Source: Candidatus Lokiarchaeum ossiferum
Lineage (GTDB): Archaea; Asgardarchaeota; Lokiarchaeia; Sigyniarchaeales; Promethearchaeaceae
Direction: 5' to 3'
Assembly: GCA_025839675.1 (NCBI GenBank)
Contig: CP104013.1
Span: forward strand, 3,090,001-3,122,000
Length of the DNA: 32,000 nucleotides
Below, in pieces: positions 29,136 to 32,000 of this stretch. The position numbers and the translations under genes are program-made. Each line of letters begins with the position of its first letter. Within the stretch, counting starts at the first letter, position 1. The notes beneath the pieces are model-generated. The model was not told where the DNA came from. It searched no databases and saw only the letters and a list, made by a program, of their open reading frames with translations.

Positions 29136-29378
29136 TTATCCTAGGAGTCGAGGGACGACTAGCATGGTAAATATCATAACAACGACTAACACAACAATCT
29201 GAATTGTGCTGGATCGACCTTTCTTTTTATCTGCGCTAGAATACTTTTCTTTACAATCTTGGGTACAAAAATCCCTATCCATAGGAACAGCTCTTCCACA
29301 TACCATACAATGTTTATGTTCATCATATTTGCGTGATTTTAGCGATTCTTTCCAAGTTTTATTCTTTAATTCGGGCAT
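29136..29378 (-). CDS. Small zinc-ribbon protein with a C-terminal transmembrane helix (DUF2116-like)
   Basis: HKHCMVCGRAVPMDRDFCTQDCKEKY resembles the DUF2116 zinc-ribbon pattern. The C-terminal IQIVVLVVVMIFTMLVVPRLLG is a TM anchor. Confidence 0.55.
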   Translation of the reverse strand: MPELKNKTWKESLKSRKYDEHKHCMVCGRAVPMDRDFCTQDCKEKYSSADKKKGRSSTIQIVVLVVVMIFTMLVVPRLLG

Positions 29379-29479
29379 TTATTTTCAAAAGTCTAAGGTT
29401 ATGATATTTTTTTAACTTTCAGATAATGAATAATCTTGAAAATGAATTTTTAATATAGACCGATCATTTTACTTTTATA

Positions 29480-29863
29480 ATGTCAATTAATATTTCAGGA
29501 GAAGGAATGGCAATTTTTGAAAATTTCGTTGTAAAAGCAACTTTTGTCTCCCTAAACAATAGCTATCTACTTATGGTTACGGATCAAGAACAATTTGGCA
29601 TAGGAACCGTGACCTTATCTAGTCCACCAACGGAATTTGGAACTAAAGCCACTAGTTCCCCATTTAATATCTTTGGAATGAAAAATTCAATGCTTTCCAA
29701 CGCAATTGGGAGAAATGCGAGTAAACATCTAAAAAAACCTGTACTATCTTTAGTTTTATTGGTAGAAAAAGACTTTAAGCAAGAAATTATCATTAAAACC
29801 ACAATGGAAGCGGTAAATAAGGCCATTGAAGATGTAATAAGCAAAGGAAATAATAAAATTTAA
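29480..29863 (+). CDS. Hypothetical protein, possible PAC4/PSMG4-like fold (speculative)
   Basis: 127 aa ORF. By-eye pattern similarity to human PSMG4 as I recall it: LLMVTDQEQFGIG vs VMRLTDSLFLWVG, and FGMKNSMLSNAIGRNASKHLKKPVLSLVLL vs LGDTSDTTSTGLAQRLARKTNKQVFVSYNL. Coding status is better supported than function. Confidence 0.5.
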   Translation: MSINISGEGMAIFENFVVKATFVSLNNSYLLMVTDQEQFGIGTVTLSSPPTEFGTKATSSPFNIFGMKNSMLSNAIGRNASKHLKKPVLSLVLLVEKDFKQEIIIKTTMEAVNKAIEDVISKGNNKI

Positions 29864-30441
29864 CCATTGAAATATTCTTTTTTGTTGATAAACGGAATTA
29901 AAGCCATTTGAACACCTTGTCGCGTGATATCGGTTCTAGTTATGCGCCCTTGACTATAGAATCCTATTGCACCTTCTTTATGTTTAATATTTTTGTCACC
30001 TGACAATTGTCCCATAACATCTCCTAATTCTATTTGGGGGTTATCTAACAATAATTTGACCACTTTCGGAGGAAAATCCAAGCCTGATCCAGATGAAAGT
30101 GAGAGTCTATCTTCAGAGTTCACAATAGCGCAGAATTGAAAGTCTAAATAACCAGATATAGATGATGGTATTGGAACAAATCCCGCTTCAATCCCTACAG
30201 CAAATATTTCATTATGGAAGCTAAACTCAGACAAATAATCTTTTTTAGCTTCTTGCATCACATTTTTTGCACGATTAATTGCACCTTGAGTTACCTTTTC
30301 CAGACCAATGGGTTGATCTGCAACATTGGATTTTACCTTTATCCCGACGACTTTAATTGATTCTTGAGGAAAAGCATGTTCAAATTCGATTTTGGTTGCA
30401 TTAATTTTGACAGGATTAGTAGACCCTACAAAGACCAACAT
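29860..30441 (-). CDS. Non-canonical purine NTP phosphatase (YjjX/DUF84-type inosine/xanthosine triphosphatase)
   Basis: N-terminal VGSTNPVKINA and downstream SNVADQP.G..E...GA.NRA, IEAG and the C-terminal region match the YjjX family pattern (TTNPAKI...SGV..QP.G..ET..GA.NR). Confidence 0.72.
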   Translation of the reverse strand: MLVFVGSTNPVKINATKIEFEHAFPQESIKVVGIKVKSNVADQPIGLEKVTQGAINRAKNVMQEAKKDYLSEFSFHNEIFAVGIEAGFVPIPSSISGYLDFQFCAIVNSEDRLSLSSGSGLDFPPKVVKLLLDNPQIELGDVMGQLSGDKNIKHKEGAIGFYSQGRITRTDITRQGVQMALIPFINKKEYFNG

Positions 30442-30487
30442 TTTTTCTAACCTCAGGAAAAGTATAAAAAGAACAAAATTAATACAA

Positions 30488-31015
30488 TTACTCTACTTGT
30501 TGAGCATAGTATATTAACCATTTGCTCATAGCAGTGAACATTGGTTCAATATTAAGGTTTAGCTTGGAAGAACACATCACATTCATCAAACAACTGGCAC
30601 TTTCCGCATATTGCTCTGCAACATTAATATCTACTTCGTGGTTTTCTAAATCATACTTATTCCCAACTAGAGTAATTGGAACCATCCCAGCATTTTCTCG
30701 AATTATCCGTAACCATTCAGGAATTTCTTCAAATGTCGCATAATCAGTGACATCATAACAGATAAATGCCCCACTGGCCCCACGACAATAATCACCTAAT
30801 AAAAAGCGAAATCGTTCTTCACCAGCAAAATCCCAAAGTTGCATTCTTACGTGCTCGCCTGTATCTAACGAAACATCTTTCACGCTAAATTGAGCTCCAA
30901 TGGTCATTTTATGATCTTCAATAAACGACCCAGTTACATATCGTTCAATTAAGGCAGTCTTTCCAACTCCCCCAGCACCCGCGACTACAACTTTAAAGAT
31001 CCAATTTGACGACAC
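30488..31015 (-). CDS. Small Ras/Rab-superfamily GTPase (domain only, no C-terminal Cys or extension)
   Basis: G1 GAGGVGKT, switch I TIGAQF, G3 WDFAGEERF, G4 GNKYD. 175 aa. Confidence 0.85.
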   Translation of the reverse strand: MSSNWIFKVVVAGAGGVGKTALIERYVTGSFIEDHKMTIGAQFSVKDVSLDTGEHVRMQLWDFAGEERFRFLLGDYCRGASGAFICYDVTDYATFEEIPEWLRIIRENAGMVPITLVGNKYDLENHEVDINVAEQYAESASCLMNVMCSSKLNLNIEPMFTAMSKWLIYYAQQVE

Positions 31016-31090
31016 TTTTATATCACTTCAGACATCTATTCGAGAAAAATATTAACTAATAGTTTTAACATTTGTTTGGCTAAATAGTTT

Positions 31091-32000
31091 TCATCCTTGA
31101 TCAGTCATATTTAAATCATCAATAAGCTTCTTTCCCATTTGAAAAAGTGGACAGTGCGTCACACAATTTTTGCAACTGGTACACTTTTCAGTATCAATTT
31201 TAATATTAATATCATTCAATTTGATAGCTTTTACTGGACATATACTGATACAAGTTTTGCACTGATTACAATAAATTGCACGTAAAACTGAAGTGGTTAT
31301 AAGTTTAAAGAATTGTCCATAGGAAAATTGCTGATTCGGAACTAAAAGGAAAAAACTTCCATCCGGAAATAGATTCAAACGATAAGATTCTTTTTTAAAC
31401 TGTGAACTAATAGAGATGACATTCAGATCAGAATCAAATTCATAATCTTTGGTCACTGCAGGTAAAATATTGTTTAGAATATTTAGATCAATCGGTTGGG
31501 AGAATTTGCCCTTCATAGAATACCCCGATTGTAAACAAGGAGAAAATCCCTTCGTTATATCCAAATGAAGGGGCATAGAAGGATCCGCTCCAGTATAATC
31601 CAATTGGATATTATGCTCTTCGACAATATTTTTCCATTGAGGACTTAAACGTTTGAATCGCCAGAGTCCCATGCTGATCCATTCTTGAGGAAGTTTATAT
31701 TTAAAAGCATAATCCTCCAAATAACTAAACCAACGAGCATACATTTGAGGGTGAGATGACTTTAAAAGATTGAAAGAAGCAAGATTTGCCGCGGGGCAGA
31801 GATAACAACCTAAACGTTCATGTCCTTCAAAATATAATGGATTACTTGGTACTTCAATTCTTTCCAGAGTATCTGGATGAATTACAGGGTCGAATAAGAC
31901 AAATAGCCAGAGAAGTAATGCATTCCAGGTTTTTATGGGTGTTGCTGCGATTTGGAGTGGAATAAAAGAATTCACGTAGACTAGCTTGGATTGAGCCCTA
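31091..32000 (-). CDS. PAPS-reductase-family (PP-loop ATPase-like) protein with a C-terminal 2x[4Fe-4S] ferredoxin domain; partial, N-terminus beyond the window
   Basis: The frame stays open upstream of the track's GTG (31975) to base 32000. ERLGCYLCPAAN resembles the conserved Cys motif of the PAPS reductase family. The C-terminus has CNQCKTCISICP and CTSCKNCVTHCP (two CxxCxxCxxxCP clusters). Confidence 0.6.
   Translation of the reverse strand, partial: RAQSKLVYVNSFIPLQIAATPIKTWNALLLWLFVLFDPVIHPDTLERIEVPSNPLYFEGHERLGCYLCPAANLASFNLLKSSHPQMYARWFSYLEDYAFKYKLPQEWISMGLWRFKRLSPQWKNIVEEHNIQLDYTGADPSMPLHLDITKGFSPCLQSGYSMKGKFSQPIDLNILNNILPAVTKDYEFDSDLNVISISSQFKKESYRLNLFPDGSFFLLVPNQQFSYGQFFKLITTSVLRAIYCNQCKTCISICPVKAIKLNDINIKIDTEKCTSCKNCVTHCPLFQMGKKLIDDLNMTDQG

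Overview
Strongly AT-rich archaeal chromosome segment. Gene content points to an Asgard (Lokiarchaeia-like) genome. Archaeal core markers: PAN, aRF1 with NIKS and GGQ motifs, NAC, MBF1, archaeal-type UMP kinase, and the archaeal CoA route (pantoate kinase, phosphopantothenate synthetase, MfnA). Eukaryote-signature genes: a Rab-like GTPase with the YDYLFK N-terminus and RabF-like motifs, a second small GTPase, a longin-like protein, a beta-grasp ubiquitin-like protein, and an Rpn10/Ssl1-type VWA protein with a C4HC3 zinc finger. The only GC-rich block (about 18.2-21.4 kb, minus strand) is a 23S rRNA gene of about 3.2 kb. It has no 16S or 5S partner in the window. It carries two apparent expansion segments (ES9-like and ES39-like), long-range flank complementarity (a candidate processing stem) and a long structured 5' leader. 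One tRNA-Leu(CAA) at 28536-28669 is interrupted by an insertion of about 49 nt in the D-arm rather than at the canonical anticodon-loop site. No CRISPR array, transposase or integrase was seen. The items most worth follow-up are the VWA-C4HC3 protein, the Rab-like GTPase and its upstream neighbour (both end in the same zinc ribbon after long disordered linkers), the DMT transporter fused to a RAM domain followed by two stand-alone RAM genes, the rRNA expansions and processing stem, and the non-canonical tRNA intron. All protein calls rest on reading motifs by eye; no database search was run.
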